64,000 nt of DNA from a virus (lineage: Duplodnaviria; Heunggongvirae; Uroviricota; Caudoviricetes): positions 32,001-96,000 of the IMG/VR virus record IMGVR_UViG_2908567220_000002, one strand, 5' to 3'. A program made the translations under genes and the position numbers. Every line of letters begins with the position of its first letter. The first letter of the stretch is position 1. Positions 8,848 to 18,854 of the stretch are shown here, one piece after another. The notes under the pieces are model-generated. The model worked only from the letters and a program-made list of their open reading frames with translations. It was not told the DNA's origin and made no database searches.

Positions 8848-9924
8848 TTACCCCCTGAAGCCCGGCGGAATTTCGTTATCCGGTTCAGAAATATGATTCA
8901 CACAACGCTGGTTGTTCGTGCCGCTTACCGGGAGCAACCAGGGGTTCTCAAAATTCCGGTCCGGTCCAAAAAACGTCGTCGCTCGCTGAACAAATTCCGT
9001 TCCCGTTTTCCCGGTAGCCGCCAAGTATCTTGCGTAACGCCTCACGCCATCCAGCATGGCCTCTGGTGGCACCCCCTCGCGTAATCTGGCCTTCCAGGCA
9101 CTGAAAGCGGATTTCTTCGGGTTTGCCCCAGCACGCAACGGGTACTCCCGCCAGACCTGTTCGAACACATCCGGATAATCCACTCGTCCCACAGACTGCC
9201 CGGTGTTTTCCGGGACTACCCGATCGGCTTCCCGCTGAATGGCGGAATCGGCTTCGGGCTGCTGCAGTTGGTGTGATTGCTCCGGCCTTGCGGTCATCAC
9301 CTGCTGCACAGCGCCCGAATCGGCTTTCAGCGCATACGCTGAATCGGCTTCCGGTGTCGTGCCTGCTAGCTGACCAAGATTGACGGTCTGAACATCCCCT
9401 GCCTGGTTCGTGGCGTTTTTTACGCCATGGACCATAGTGTTTTGATCTTCTTGATCTGTATCTTTATCTGTATCTTTATCTGTCGTGACTCGTCGTGACA
9501 TGTGCGTGACATTTCGTGACGCGCCGTGACAATCGCCATTTTGTTCCCGCTTTCTTTCCCTCTCTCGCTGCGCCCTCTTGCGCTCTGCCGGAGATTTTGC
9601 GGTTTGCGAAATATTGCCGTTGTCCTCTTTAAGCACCTGGCGTTTTTCCCATCCAGTGATTAAATCACCATCAAGTACCCGCCCCTGCATCGTCTGCAAA
9701 ATTGAATCAATTACCTCTTCTGTCACGTCGAGCGCACTTGCCAAATCTTCTGTCGTGACATCAATGTGACCTCGCGTGACATTTCGTGACGCGCTCACCA
9801 GGAGGTGGATATACACTGCCATCACTGTTGCAATTGGCTGCCCTGACACCCTGGCAATTGTTCGCCACTTAGGGTCATTTGGCATGTCATGCCATAATCT
9901 GAGCCAGGCGTTAGCCATACTCAC
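8848..9924 (-). CDS. replication initiation protein (replisome organizer-like)
   Basis: 358 aa; C-terminal region including ...QRCVNHISEPDNEIPPGFRG shared with the prophage B O-like protein. Confidence 0.6.
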   Translation of the reverse strand: MSMANAWLRLWHDMPNDPKWRTIARVSGQPIATVMAVYIHLLVSASRNVTRGHIDVTTEDLASALDVTEEVIDSILQTMQGRVLDGDLITGWEKRQVLKEDNGNISQTAKSPAERKRAQRERERKREQNGDCHGASRNVTHMSRRVTTDKDTDKDTDQEDQNTMVHGVKNATNQAGDVQTVNLGQLAGTTPEADSAYALKADSGAVQQVMTARPEQSHQLQQPEADSAIQREADRVVPENTGQSVGRVDYPDVFEQVWREYPLRAGANPKKSAFSAWKARLREGVPPEAMLDGVRRYARYLAATGKTGTEFVQRATTFFGPDRNFENPWLLPVSGTNNQRCVNHISEPDNEIPPGFRG

Positions 9925-9989
9925 CTCTTCTGATACCGAATCTTTTTACTCACGAGTTGCCGGAAGCGATTCGATATGGCTATTGTCAG

Positions 9990-10415
9990 TCAATGTACTG
10001 CCACAGCATTTCCTGCCGGGCCACCACGGTTCATCTGATTGAAACCGGCGATTGCCACTGCGACAAAATCATCAGCGTCTCTCACCAGTCGCTCCCGCGT
10101 CTCCACCAGCTCCCGAAAATAAGCTGAACTGTGGCTGCGCATTCGGGCCACCAGCAGAGGTGGCATTGCTTTTTCGATAGCTGGTAACAACGCCTGAATT
10201 TTTTTAACCGCATCAGGGGTGTCTTTCTCCACCCAGCGGAAAATTTTCTGAGTATTGCGAGCCAGGGCTTCCGGATGGCTGTCGTCATACAGTTCCGGGA
10301 ACGTCATTCCCAGCTCGAAATACGCTTTGGTAATTTTCGCAGCCGGTACTTTTTCGCCGTCCGGATGCGCCCAGGCATTCATCGCCATGCGGATGTGTTC
10401 ATGCTTGATTTTCAT
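9990..10415 (-). CDS. YdaT-like (CII-position) regulatory protein
   Basis: 141 aa, MKIKHEHIRMAMNAW...; directly downstream of cro-like gene; paralog at 58764..59189. Confidence 0.55.
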   Translation of the reverse strand: MKIKHEHIRMAMNAWAHPDGEKVPAAKITKAYFELGMTFPELYDDSHPEALARNTQKIFRWVEKDTPDAVKKIQALLPAIEKAMPPLLVARMRSHSSAYFRELVETRERLVRDADDFVAVAIAGFNQMNRGGPAGNAVAVH

Positions 10416-10666
10416 GAATCAACTCCCATCAGCTTTTTCGTAGTAGTTTTATTCCTGCCAATAGTTAAAATTGCATCGGCAGAAAATAATCCGTTTGATG
10501 CAAGAGCGATTTTTTCAGCGTAATTTGTTTCGCCGGTATATTCTGTGCGAGGCAATTTTCCGTTATCCATCCATTTATAGATTGCTCTTTGGCTGACACC
10601 ACAAACGTCGGCCACAACAGCAACGCGAACAGTTTTGATTACATCTTCAAGTGTTTTCTGGTTCAT
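10412..10666 (-). CDS. Cro/YdaS-like HTH regulator
   Basis: track ORF 10412..10738, probable start MNQKTLEDV; HTH VADVCGVSQRAIYKW; divergent from repressor. Confidence 0.6.
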   Translation of the reverse strand: MNQKTLEDVIKTVRVAVVADVCGVSQRAIYKWMDNGKLPRTEYTGETNYAEKIALASNGLFSADAILTIGRNKTTTKKLMGVDS

Positions 10667-10690
10667 ATCACCCTCACAATGTGAACTTTG

Positions 10691-10721
10691 AGTACATGCT
10701 ATAACAGAACTGACAGTACAT
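10691..10721. promoter_or_regulatory. putative right operator region (AGTACAT repeats)
   Basis: AGTACAT at 10691 and 10715 between divergent cro-like and repressor genes; same motif recurs downstream of repressor. Confidence 0.35.
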
Positions 10722-10745
10722 TCAAGAGCGAATATCATTGAACTT

Positions 10746-11165
10746 ATGGTTCATGAAGATAAAGCGCGTAAAGAGTTCGCCAGTAGGCTTGCGCTAGCCT
10801 GTGAAAACGCTGGTTATGAACAACATGGAAGGCAGGCAGAAATTGCCCGTCGAATGAAATTAACACCAAAAGCGGTTAGCAAATGGTTTAATGGCGAAAC
10901 AATTCCTCGCCGGGAGAAATTAAGGGAATTAGCAACACTAATAGGAACAACACCAACCTATCTTTTGGGAGAGGATACAGAAGAAAGTGGACAGGTACGT
11001 TTCTATCAGGAGTTAAATCCAAGACAAAAAATCATCATTGACCTTCTGGACGAGCTCCCTGACAGTGAGACAGATGAACTTTTAAAAACTCTTGAAGAGA
11101 AAAAACAGAAGTACAATGCAATTTACGAAGAGTTAGCACGAAAGAAAAAACAAAAAGCCTCTTAA
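10746..11165 (+). CDS. CI-like prophage repressor
   Basis: 139 aa; HTH QAEIARRMKLTPKAVSKWFNG; divergent from cro-like gene. Confidence 0.7.
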   Translation: MVHEDKARKEFASRLALACENAGYEQHGRQAEIARRMKLTPKAVSKWFNGETIPRREKLRELATLIGTTPTYLLGEDTEESGQVRFYQELNPRQKIIIDLLDELPDSETDELLKTLEEKKQKYNAIYEELARKKKQKAS

Positions 11166-11240
11166 ACCAGCATAAATCCGGTAGCGCCTTCCTCCGGGTT
11201 TGTGCTTCACTTTATCCCATCTCATTTTTTTACACACAAA

Positions 11241-11281
11241 ATGTACTAAAAGTACTTTACAACAATGAACGCAAAGTACAT
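11241..11281. promoter_or_regulatory. putative left operator region (ATGTACT/AGTACAT)
   Basis: ATGTACTaaaAGTAC palindrome and AGTACAT repeat downstream of repressor. Confidence 0.3.
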
Positions 11282-11459
11282 TATATGCCTGCCACCCACC
11301 CCGCCCCACAGAATGCAGGGCAATACTTCGAGTTACCAGGCAGTGGTCAGGGGGTAAGTAGCCAGCCCGAGGCGTAAGAACATGACGGCAGGGTTCAACT
11401 TTAACTATGCAGCAGGTTTTTGTTCCGCTACCCCGGCGTTAAGGGGAAATGAGGTCAAC

Positions 11460-11615
11460 ATGGATACTATCGATCTTGGCAACAACGAATCTCTGGTATA
11501 CGGCGTGTTTCCCAACCAGGACGGAACGTTCACCGCGATGACGTATGCCAAAAGCAAAACGTTTAAAACCGAATCTGGCGCGCGTCGTTGGTTGGTAAGA
11601 CATTCAGGTGAATAA
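11460..11615 (+). CDS. YdfA/YdaF-like small protein (DUF1391-like)
   Basis: 51 aa MDTIDLGNNESLVYGVFPNQDGTF...; GAGG RBS; paralog at 60240..60392. Confidence 0.55.
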   Translation: MDTIDLGNNESLVYGVFPNQDGTFTAMTYAKSKTFKTESGARRWLVRHSGE

Positions 11616-11616
11616 A

Positions 11617-11763
11617 ATGAACGAAACAGAATTAAAACACGTTATCGCTCTGCTTCTGGAGGATGCAAAACGCCTCCAGCAACTGGAACCAAATGCAGGC
11701 ACTGAAGCCCGCATCTGGCTGGCATTGTACGCTATTGAGTCAGGTCGTGATGATGAAGGTTAA
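11617..11763 (+). CDS. small hypothetical protein (48 aa)
   Basis: MNETELKHVIALLLEDAKRLQQLE...; ATG 1 nt after the upstream stop. Confidence 0.35.
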   Translation: MNETELKHVIALLLEDAKRLQQLEPNAGTEARIWLALYAIESGRDDEG

Positions 11764-12044
11764 GCATCATCTAAGTTTTTTACATAGCGCCCATTAGATT
11801 CGGTAACAAGAACACCGGGATTTTTCTTAACTTTTGAGGCCACTGATTCAGCAAGGTCAGCAACAGATTCTTTGTCTTCATTCTTGCTTGAATATATATA
11901 TTCGGCATTAGGAAGACGGTAGGTGTTCCCTAAAGAGGTTGTAATCGTTCTGGAGAATCCCTTTGCTTCCATTCGTTCATGAAGCTTATCGTAATCAGCG
12001 GAACTGGAATCGCGAAGTTCGATCCTGACTGTAAATTTTGCCAT
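11760..12044 (-). CDS. hypothetical protein
   Basis: track ORF 11760..12056; GGAGG RBS supports start at MAKFTVRIELRD. Confidence 0.45.
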   Translation of the reverse strand: MAKFTVRIELRDSSSADYDKLHERMEAKGFSRTITTSLGNTYRLPNAEYIYSSKNEDKESVADLAESVASKVKKNPGVLVTESNGRYVKNLDDA

Positions 12045-12074
12045 TTTATCCTCCATTTAGGTTCTGGGTTAGAA

Positions 12075-12330
12075 ATGGAGACCAATACGGGGCTACGTGT
12101 GGTCGTGCGCCGGACACGGATAAGAATCCGGCACTGACAGTTTACTGAAAGGATATTTCCCTGAAAAGTCAGGGCATAACACGAAAGCGTACGGCGAAGG
12201 CCTTCACCTATGAGGCTTGTCGTTAATTTCTTCGACCGTGCGCTTCCGGTTGTGGCACTCCGCGAAATGGCGCGGCGGTAAGTATGGCGGGGTTATTCCT
12301 TCCCCCGTTGAGGACACCGGGTTGTCAGGT
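12075..12330. other. conserved structured non-coding region (copy 1)
   Basis: about 250 nt with no ORF of 60 aa or more, multiple inverted repeats (GGTTGTCA...TGACAACC, CCGCGaaatggCGCGG); second copy at 60990..61310. Confidence 0.35.
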
Positions 12331-12626
12331 TGACCATACGCTTAAGTGACAACCCCGCCATAACTCATACTGCTATAGATATATGGGGACTAACCGGAGG
12401 AAAAATGATAGTTCAATGCACAGACGGGAATAATAAGCTGCTCTGGTCATACGATACCGTCAGCCAGAAACACATAATGAATATGACTTTTATAAAGGAC
12501 GGTACTCAACAAAAAATCATTACCGCCCTTGCAAGTGCATTAACTCAGGCGACAAGCCAAATTCTGCTATCTGATAACGTTAATGGAGTATCTGATATTG
12601 GCTCGATGACCGGGAGGGAGTGCTAA
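12330..12626 (+). CDS. hypothetical protein
   Basis: 98 aa ORF; overlaps 3-prime end of convergent ORF 12567..12836; lies where prophage B has dicF. Confidence 0.3.
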   Translation: MTIRLSDNPAITHTAIDIWGLTGGKMIVQCTDGNNKLLWSYDTVSQKHIMNMTFIKDGTQQKIITALASALTQATSQILLSDNVNGVSDIGSMTGREC

Positions 12627-12836
12627 TACAACATTCCAGTAACCCGAGTGGGGCACGGTAATATTGGCAGGGAATCGTTCATAGAAACCGCCGTAATAGG
12701 TAAAACGCCCGCCCCGCTTGAAAGCCTGGTAATTTGAATCATCCATTAATAAAACATTAATCTGGTGTGAACATTGAACCCTGACAAGGTCACCATCATT
12801 CATGTGTTCACGACTATGTATATGGGACATAAACAC
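12567..12836 (-). CDS. hypothetical protein
   Basis: 89 aa ORF convergent with 12330..12626. Confidence 0.3.
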   Translation of the reverse strand: MFMSHIHSREHMNDGDLVRVQCSHQINVLLMDDSNYQAFKRGGRFTYYGGFYERFPANITVPHSGYWNVVLALPPGHRANIRYSINVIR

Positions 12837-13347
12837 TCCTTTTTACTGTGGAAAGCTAAATCATATCACGGTCTATGAAGTAAAAAGTGAATTTCGTGAT
12901 GCGGTGAATGCGGCTCAGCGCACGCAGAACAGTTAAAAACACAAGTGTTATGGGTGAATCATCCGGCGTTAATTGCTAACTGGTTAACGTCACCTGGAGG
13001 CACCAGGCACCGCATCACAAAGTTCACTTAGGTGATGAAAGGTAGAGAAAATGTTGAATGTAGCTATTGAAAACCAGAACGGGTGGAATTATAGTGCACC
13101 TGCACCTCATAAAACGGGTGCCGGGCGTGGAAACCCGATGTTCACTAACGCGCATAACCGCGCTCAGGCGGTTTTTTTATGCGTAATGCACAGCCACATT
13201 CAGATTATGGTGGGACGTGCAGGGCAGCCGCAAGGCTGGCCGGGTTCGTTAGTGACCGGTATTTCCACCCCTGTACGTCTCACCACCCTTATGGTCGTGG
13301 AAAACCTTGGTGGTGAGTTAATCAAATTCACTAACGAGGCTGCTATC

Positions 13348-13902
13348 ATGGCTACTATCCCTACCCTTTCTCAACCTGACGTAACCATCGAAAATGGTCG
13401 CGCTGTCACTACGTCTGTTGCGATCGCCGAGTTCTTTGGCAAACGCCACGACAATGTTATTCAAAAAATAAAATTACTGGATTGCTCCCCTGAATTCACT
13501 GCCCTTAATTTTAAGGTGAGCGAATACACCGACTCAACCGGGCGCAAACTCCCTATGTACCAAATCACCAAAAACGGCTTCGTTTTCCTGGTGATGGGCT
13601 TCACGGGCAAAAAAGCCGCAGCTTTCAAGGAAGCCTACATCGCTGAATTCGATCGCATGGAGGCAGAGTTGTACCAGCTTAATACCACTACCACAGACAA
13701 AATAATTCCTGGTGATGGTCGCACTCTCGTTGTTCACTTCGACGAACGCGGCAATATCAAATTCACCGAAACCGTTCCTGACGGCGCTCTCGTCTGTACT
13801 CTGGATACTTTCCGCTTTTATCTGGAGAAGCAGGGGTGGACTCTTGTAAACAGGAGCGCAATTAAAAATATGACCGTCGAGCAGTTGCTGAGTATTAAAT
13901 AG
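13348..13902 (+). CDS. Rha-family phage regulatory protein
   Basis: Rha-like N-terminal motif VAIAEFFGKRHDNVIQKIK; GAGG RBS before internal Met of track ORF 13051..13902; upstream extension judged non-coding. Confidence 0.6.
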   Translation: MATIPTLSQPDVTIENGRAVTTSVAIAEFFGKRHDNVIQKIKLLDCSPEFTALNFKVSEYTDSTGRKLPMYQITKNGFVFLVMGFTGKKAAAFKEAYIAEFDRMEAELYQLNTTTTDKIIPGDGRTLVVHFDERGNIKFTETVPDGALVCTLDTFRFYLEKQGWTLVNRSAIKNMTVEQLLSIK

Positions 13903-13948
13903 TTTTCTGGAATTTTCTTAATGCGACAAATTTATTAAGGAGATAATT

Positions 13949-14170
13949 ATGATTGCTCATCACTTCGGAACTGATGATATTCCTCGTCAGTGCGTGACTC
14001 CCGGTGATTATGTTATTCATAAAGGAAGAACATATATTGCTTCGGTAAACAATATAAAAAAACACCGGCTCTATATTCGTGATTTTTCCACACAACACTG
14101 TATTAATGAAACCATGATTAAAGTCTTCCTTGATCGTGATGGTTTACCTGTAAAGGCGGAGTCGTGGTGA
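13949..14170 (+). CDS. hypothetical protein
   Basis: 73 aa with strong AAGGAG RBS. Confidence 0.45.
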   Translation: MIAHHFGTDDIPRQCVTPGDYVIHKGRTYIASVNNIKKHRLYIRDFSTQHCINETMIKVFLDRDGLPVKAESW

Positions 14171-14287
14171 GCTGTAATAAAATAACTACCCCAATACGAC
14201 ATTCAGTTTAATAAATACATCAGATTCGATTCTTATATGCCAGCAATGGCAGTGACTTGTTCACCCCTAAATCTGTAATGAGGTTTA

Positions 14288-16726
14288 TTGATGAGCACGA
14301 ATAAAGAAGTGTTTGCGCTATATTGCGAAGCTAAAAATGACAAGGTCAGAAAGCGTCTCGGTATTAAAGGTGGCTTTTTCTGGATCGAAGCCAAAAAACT
14401 TTCCGTTGCAGTTTCCCGCTGTATTGCCGCTATGGACGATGCTGGCTACGACGAAGATGATTTCAAAAAAACAGTTCGCGTCCATTTGCCTGTTCTAAAT
14501 GACCTGCCACCTGAAGGCGTATTTGATACTGATTTCTGTAACCGTTACGAAAAAGGTGGAGAAGATGGCATCACAATGATGCCGGTACCGTCCAGCAACA
14601 GCGATGAAAACAGTAACGCCGCTAATACTAACGTCAACGGCGAAGACATGATTGAGATTGAGGAGAATATTCTTCTGCCGGTTTCAGGTCAGCTTCTGCC
14701 TGTTAGATGGCTGGCACAGCACGGCAGCGAAAAACCTGTCACGCATGTTTCACGGGATGAACTGCGGGCATTACATAACGCACAGGAAGAAAAACTTCCC
14801 GCCGTTACCGCTCTGGCCATCTCAAATAAAGCAGTGCAACTCGAACCGCTGGAGATTCGGGATTTGTACAAACTGGTGCGGGACACTGACAAAGTTTTTC
14901 CCGCCCCCGTAAATTCAGACCTGGGACTGATGACTTCCTTCATCGAAGCATACCTGGACGCTGACTACACCAATCGCGATCTGCTTACAAAAGAGTGGAT
15001 GAAAGGAAATCATGTTTCGCGAATCAGCCGCACACCATCCGGCGCTAACGCTGGCGGCGGTATTCTTACCGATCGCGGCGAAGGTTTTGTACACGATGAT
15101 GCATCACTGGCGCGCGACGTAGCCACTGGCGTGCTGGCCCGTTCAATGGACGTGGACATTTATAACCTTCATCCGGCACACGCTAAACGCGTCGAGGAAA
15201 TTATCGCTGAAAATAAACCGCCCTTTTCTGTTTTCTTCAGCAAATTCATCACCATGCCGGGCCACAAGGATTTCTCCCGTGCCATCGTGGTTGCCTCCGT
15301 GAAAGAATCACCAGTTGGTATAGAGGCTATGCCCCACCGTGTCACCGAATACCTGAATAAAGTGCTGACTGAAACCGATCATGCCAACCCTGATCCGGAA
15401 ATCGTGGATATTGCCTGCGGTCGCTCCTCTGCCCCGATGCCGCAGCGTGTAACTGAAAAAGAAAAACATGATGAAGAAAAACCGCAACCATCTGGCGCAA
15501 TGGCAGATGAACAGGCAACGGCTGAAACAGTGGAACCGGATGCAACTGAACATCATCCGGACACGCAGCCGGTGGATGCTCAGCCACAGGTGAATTCTGT
15601 TGATGCGAAATATCAGAAACTGCGGGCAGAACTCCATGAAGCTAGGAAAAACATTTCGCCTAAAAATCCTGTCGACGCAAACAAATTACTGGCAGCCTCT
15701 CGCGGAGAATTTGTTGAAGGGATTAGTGACCCGAATGATCCGAAATGGGTTAAGGGGCTCCAGACTCGCGAGTCTTCGAACCAGAATCAACCAGAAGTGG
15801 AACAAACCAAGCCAGAATCGGGACAAAATAGCCAGGATGCACACCAAAATGAACCAAAAACGATACATCCGGAGCCAGCAGCGCAACATGCACAGAAAAA
15901 TCCCTGTAATGTTTGTGGGGAAACTGGCGGGGGCACATGCCCTGACTGTGCCTCAGTAATGGGTGACGCAACTTACCATGAGACATTCTGCGAGGAAGAT
16001 TCAGATGAATCTCAGGAAAAAGCTCCGGAGGAGATGGAAAACCCTGAACATCCGCATCCGGAAAATACTGACAGCAATCAGCATAACAATAGCGGTGATA
16101 AAACTGACAGGACGACAAATTCCTTAATTAATATGCACGGTCATCAGAAAAGAACATCCACCAGCAGAATGTGTCACCATCTGATGATCGACCTTGAAAC
16201 AATGGGAAAAAATCCTGATTCCCCGATTATCTCAATAGGTGCAATATTTTTCGATCCGCAAACCGGAGAGATGGGACCAGAATTTAATAAAACCATCGAT
16301 CTGGAAACTGCTGGCGGAGTCATTGATCGGGACGCGATCAAGTGGTGGCTGAAGCAATCACGCGAAGCGCAATCTGCCATTCTGACCGATGAAATCCCGT
16401 TAGATGATGCACTGCTGCAATTGCGGGAATTTATCGCCGAAAACTCCGGTGAATTGTTTGTTCAGGTCTGGGGAAATGGAGCCAACTTCGACAACGTGAT
16501 TTTGCGCCGTTCATATGAACGGCAGGGTATCCCCTGCCCGTGGCGCTACTACAACGATCGCGATGTACGCACAATCATTGAACTGGGAAAATCCATAGAC
16601 TTCGATGCCAGGACGCCTATTCAATTCGAAGGCATACGCCACAATGCGCTGGATGATGCCCGTCACCAGGCGAAATACGTTTCAGCAATCTGGCAAAAAC
16701 TGATCCCGAATCAGTCTGATTTTTAA
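14288..16726 (+). CDS. phage exonuclease with C-terminal DEDDh 3-prime-5-prime exonuclease domain
   Basis: 812 aa; C-terminal [13 protein letters not shown] and HNALDDA exo motifs; acidic Gln-rich linker with [15 protein letters not shown] Zn-ribbon-like motif; recE position of left operon. Confidence 0.7.
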   Translation: MMSTNKEVFALYCEAKNDKVRKRLGIKGGFFWIEAKKLSVAVSRCIAAMDDAGYDEDDFKKTVRVHLPVLNDLPPEGVFDTDFCNRYEKGGEDGITMMPVPSSNSDENSNAANTNVNGEDMIEIEENILLPVSGQLLPVRWLAQHGSEKPVTHVSRDELRALHNAQEEKLPAVTALAISNKAVQLEPLEIRDLYKLVRDTDKVFPAPVNSDLGLMTSFIEAYLDADYTNRDLLTKEWMKGNHVSRISRTPSGANAGGGILTDRGEGFVHDDASLARDVATGVLARSMDVDIYNLHPAHAKRVEEIIAENKPPFSVFFSKFITMPGHKDFSRAIVVASVKESPVGIEAMPHRVTEYLNKVLTETDHANPDPEIVDIACGRSSAPMPQRVTEKEKHDEEKPQPSGAMADEQATAETVEPDATEHHPDTQPVDAQPQVNSVDAKYQKLRAELHEARKNISPKNPVDANKLLAASRGEFVEGISDPNDPKWVKGLQTRESSNQNQPEVEQTKPESGQNSQDAHQNEPKTIHPEPAAQHAQKNPCNVCGETGGGTCPDCASVMGDATYHETFCEEDSDESQEKAPEEMENPEHPHPENTDSNQHNNSGDKTDRTTNSLINMHGHQKRTSTSRMCHHLMIDLETMGKNPDSPIISIGAIFFDPQTGEMGPEFNKTIDLETAGGVIDRDAIKWWLKQSREAQSAILTDEIPLDDALLQLREFIAENSGELFVQVWGNGANFDNVILRRSYERQGIPCPWRYYNDRDVRTIIELGKSIDFDARTPIQFEGIRHNALDDARHQAKYVSAIWQKLIPNQSDF

Positions 16727-16789
16727 TGTTCAACCCCAGTCGTCGCCCCCAGCTATAGTGGCGGCGACCATGATTAGCGAACGATACTC

Positions 16790-17038
16790 ATGGCAAGACT
16801 TATTCTGCTCACTGAGTGGGCAAAAGAGGAATTCAGCGATCCGGTCCCTACTCCGGGCACGTTAAGTAAATACGCTAAAGCCGGAATGATATTTCCTCTC
16901 CCCAAAAAAGTTGGAAGACACTGGCGAGTGGATCCGCGAGCTCGCTTTGTCGGAATGGTAAACAAGCCGGAGGTGATCGCCACAGATCACCCTGCTTTAA
17001 AGAGGATACTGGAAGATGGCACGCCCGCGAAAATATAA
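16790..17038 (+). CDS. xis: excisionase (Xis-like)
   Basis: 82 aa, lambda Xis-like pattern, overlaps start of int. Confidence 0.6.
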   Translation: MARLILLTEWAKEEFSDPVPTPGTLSKYAKAGMIFPLPKKVGRHWRVDPRARFVGMVNKPEVIATDHPALKRILEDGTPAKI

Positions 17039-18146
17039 AACCGCTGTTCCGGGATTATCTCCGTATTTTGACAAAAGAAATAACAAAGTTTACTGGCGTT
17101 ACAGGCATCCCATCACAGGTAAAAATCATGGACTCGGCAGTATTGACCAGAAACTGGCGGAAACCATTGCAGCAGAAGCGAACAGCCGTCTTGCCAGACA
17201 ACAAATGGAGCAAATGCTCAGTCTGCAGGAGAAAATTATTAGTGATACCGGCGGCGCATCAACCGTTTCCATTTTTCTGAATAATTACAGAAAAATTCAA
17301 CAGGAAAGATATGAGAACGGAGAGATCAAACTCAGCACGCTGAAGCAAAAAGCGGCTCCTCTCAGGGTGTTTGATGAACGTTTTGGAGCCAGGCCGCTAG
17401 ATGCCATAACAGTAAAAGATGTGGTATCGGTGCTGGAAGAATACAAGGCAAAGGGACATAACAGAATGGGACAAATTTTCAGGAAGGTATTGATCGATGT
17501 TTTCCGGGAGGCTCAACAAACGGGTGATGTCCCGCCAGGCTTTAACCCGGCTGAATCGGCAAAAAAACCGCAAGTGCGGATATCAAGACAGCGACTGACT
17601 TTTGATGAGTGGATGATGATTTATAACGCAGCGGAAAAGGATGGTTACTTTTTACAGCGCGGCATGCTGCTGGCACTGATGACGGGCCAGCGTCTTTCGG
17701 ATATTTGCAAAATGCAGTTTTCGGATATCCGGGATGGTTACCTTCATGTCGAACAGCAAAAAACAGGAGCCCGGATAGCCATTCCTCTGGCTCTGCGTTG
17801 CGACAAATTAAATCTTACCCTGGGTGACGTGGTGTCATCCTGTCGTGATTACATCCTTAGTCCGTGGTTATTGCACCATCATCACGCTAAGGGGATGGGT
17901 AAGCGCGGCGGGATGGTTAAACCAGCAACGTTAACAGTCGCATTTAAAAAAGCCCGGGATTCTGTGGATTACAACTGGCGTGCTAATGGCACGCCACCCT
18001 CTTTCCATGAGCAAAGATCTTTATCAGAACGATTGTTCAGAGAACAGGGAATTGATACCAAAATTTTGCTGGGCCATTCGAATCAAAAAATGACCGATGT
18101 TTACAACGATGCACGCGGTAAGGAGTGGAAAAAACTGGTCATTTGA
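17016..18146 (+). CDS. int: tyrosine-type integrase
   Basis: 376 aa; catalytic-domain motifs RLSDI..., HEQRSLSERL, LLGHSNQKMTDVY. Confidence 0.9.
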   Translation: MARPRKYKTAVPGLSPYFDKRNNKVYWRYRHPITGKNHGLGSIDQKLAETIAAEANSRLARQQMEQMLSLQEKIISDTGGASTVSIFLNNYRKIQQERYENGEIKLSTLKQKAAPLRVFDERFGARPLDAITVKDVVSVLEEYKAKGHNRMGQIFRKVLIDVFREAQQTGDVPPGFNPAESAKKPQVRISRQRLTFDEWMMIYNAAEKDGYFLQRGMLLALMTGQRLSDICKMQFSDIRDGYLHVEQQKTGARIAIPLALRCDKLNLTLGDVVSSCRDYILSPWLLHHHHAKGMGKRGGMVKPATLTVAFKKARDSVDYNWRANGTPPSFHEQRSLSERLFREQGIDTKILLGHSNQKMTDVYNDARGKEWKKLVI

Positions 18147-18200
18147 TGACCAGTTTTGCAGAAGAGTTTTGCAGAGATTTTGCAGAGAAAATTAGAAGCG

Positions 18201-18312
18201 GTATCCGGCAGAGAACATAAACACCCACGGATCCAGTCGTACCGCGTCTTTCACGGGGGTTCCATTAAATTTATAGCTGGCGGTTGTGTCGATATCCATG
18301 TACCACACTGGT
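18201..18312 (-). other. phage-borne 3-prime end of ompW (attachment core) at junction between prophage A and B
   Basis: minus-strand translation VWYMDIDTTASYKFNGTPVKDAVRLDPWVFMFSAGYRF* resembles OmpW C-terminus; no upstream ompW coding sequence (in-frame stop). Confidence 0.6.
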
Positions 18313-18854
18313 AGGTTTCAAAAAACACAATAACCAATTGTATTTGAAGCAAAAAAACAAGACTTTGAGATGTTTTTTTGTACCTTTTTTTATGCTTTTA
18401 ACTGTCTGATTTTATTGAAATCTTTTTTAGTTTTGCAGAAGGAATTTTTTACTTGATTGTAACTTTTTCGTTTTTTTGGGGCTAATTGACGCGCAATGCT
18501 GGGCGGGGAGCGCACAGCCAAAAAAACCGAAATTGACCGCTAATTACTGCCAATCATCATCGCTCTGATTGAGCGTAAATCATTCAGGTTATTCAGTTCT
18601 TCCTTCTGCTCTCGCTGACGTCAATAAATCCCATCATTGCGATCAACCTCATCCTTAACCATTGATGCGAGCAGTTCTTCCAGTTTCTGCGCTGACAGCT
18701 TTACCTGGTGATCTTCAGCATCTTCCCGGGCTATTGTGGTTCGCGCAGTGGCTGATTTTGCTGACATCACCACAGGGGGCAGACGGACCATTGAACCATG
18801 GCCTCCGGAACAAATAAGGGCAAAAATAACAACCACTATCGAAAGCTCACAAAC

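Noticed and set aside
12075-12330. Retron msr/msd hypothesis for the conserved structured element
   Set aside because: No reverse transcriptase gene adjacent in either copy; context fits a dicF-operon leader better.
13051-13347. N-terminal 99 codons of track ORF 13051..13902
   Set aside because: Overlaps the conserved dicF-downstream non-coding region; a GAGG RBS and the Rha domain both begin at the internal Met at 13348.
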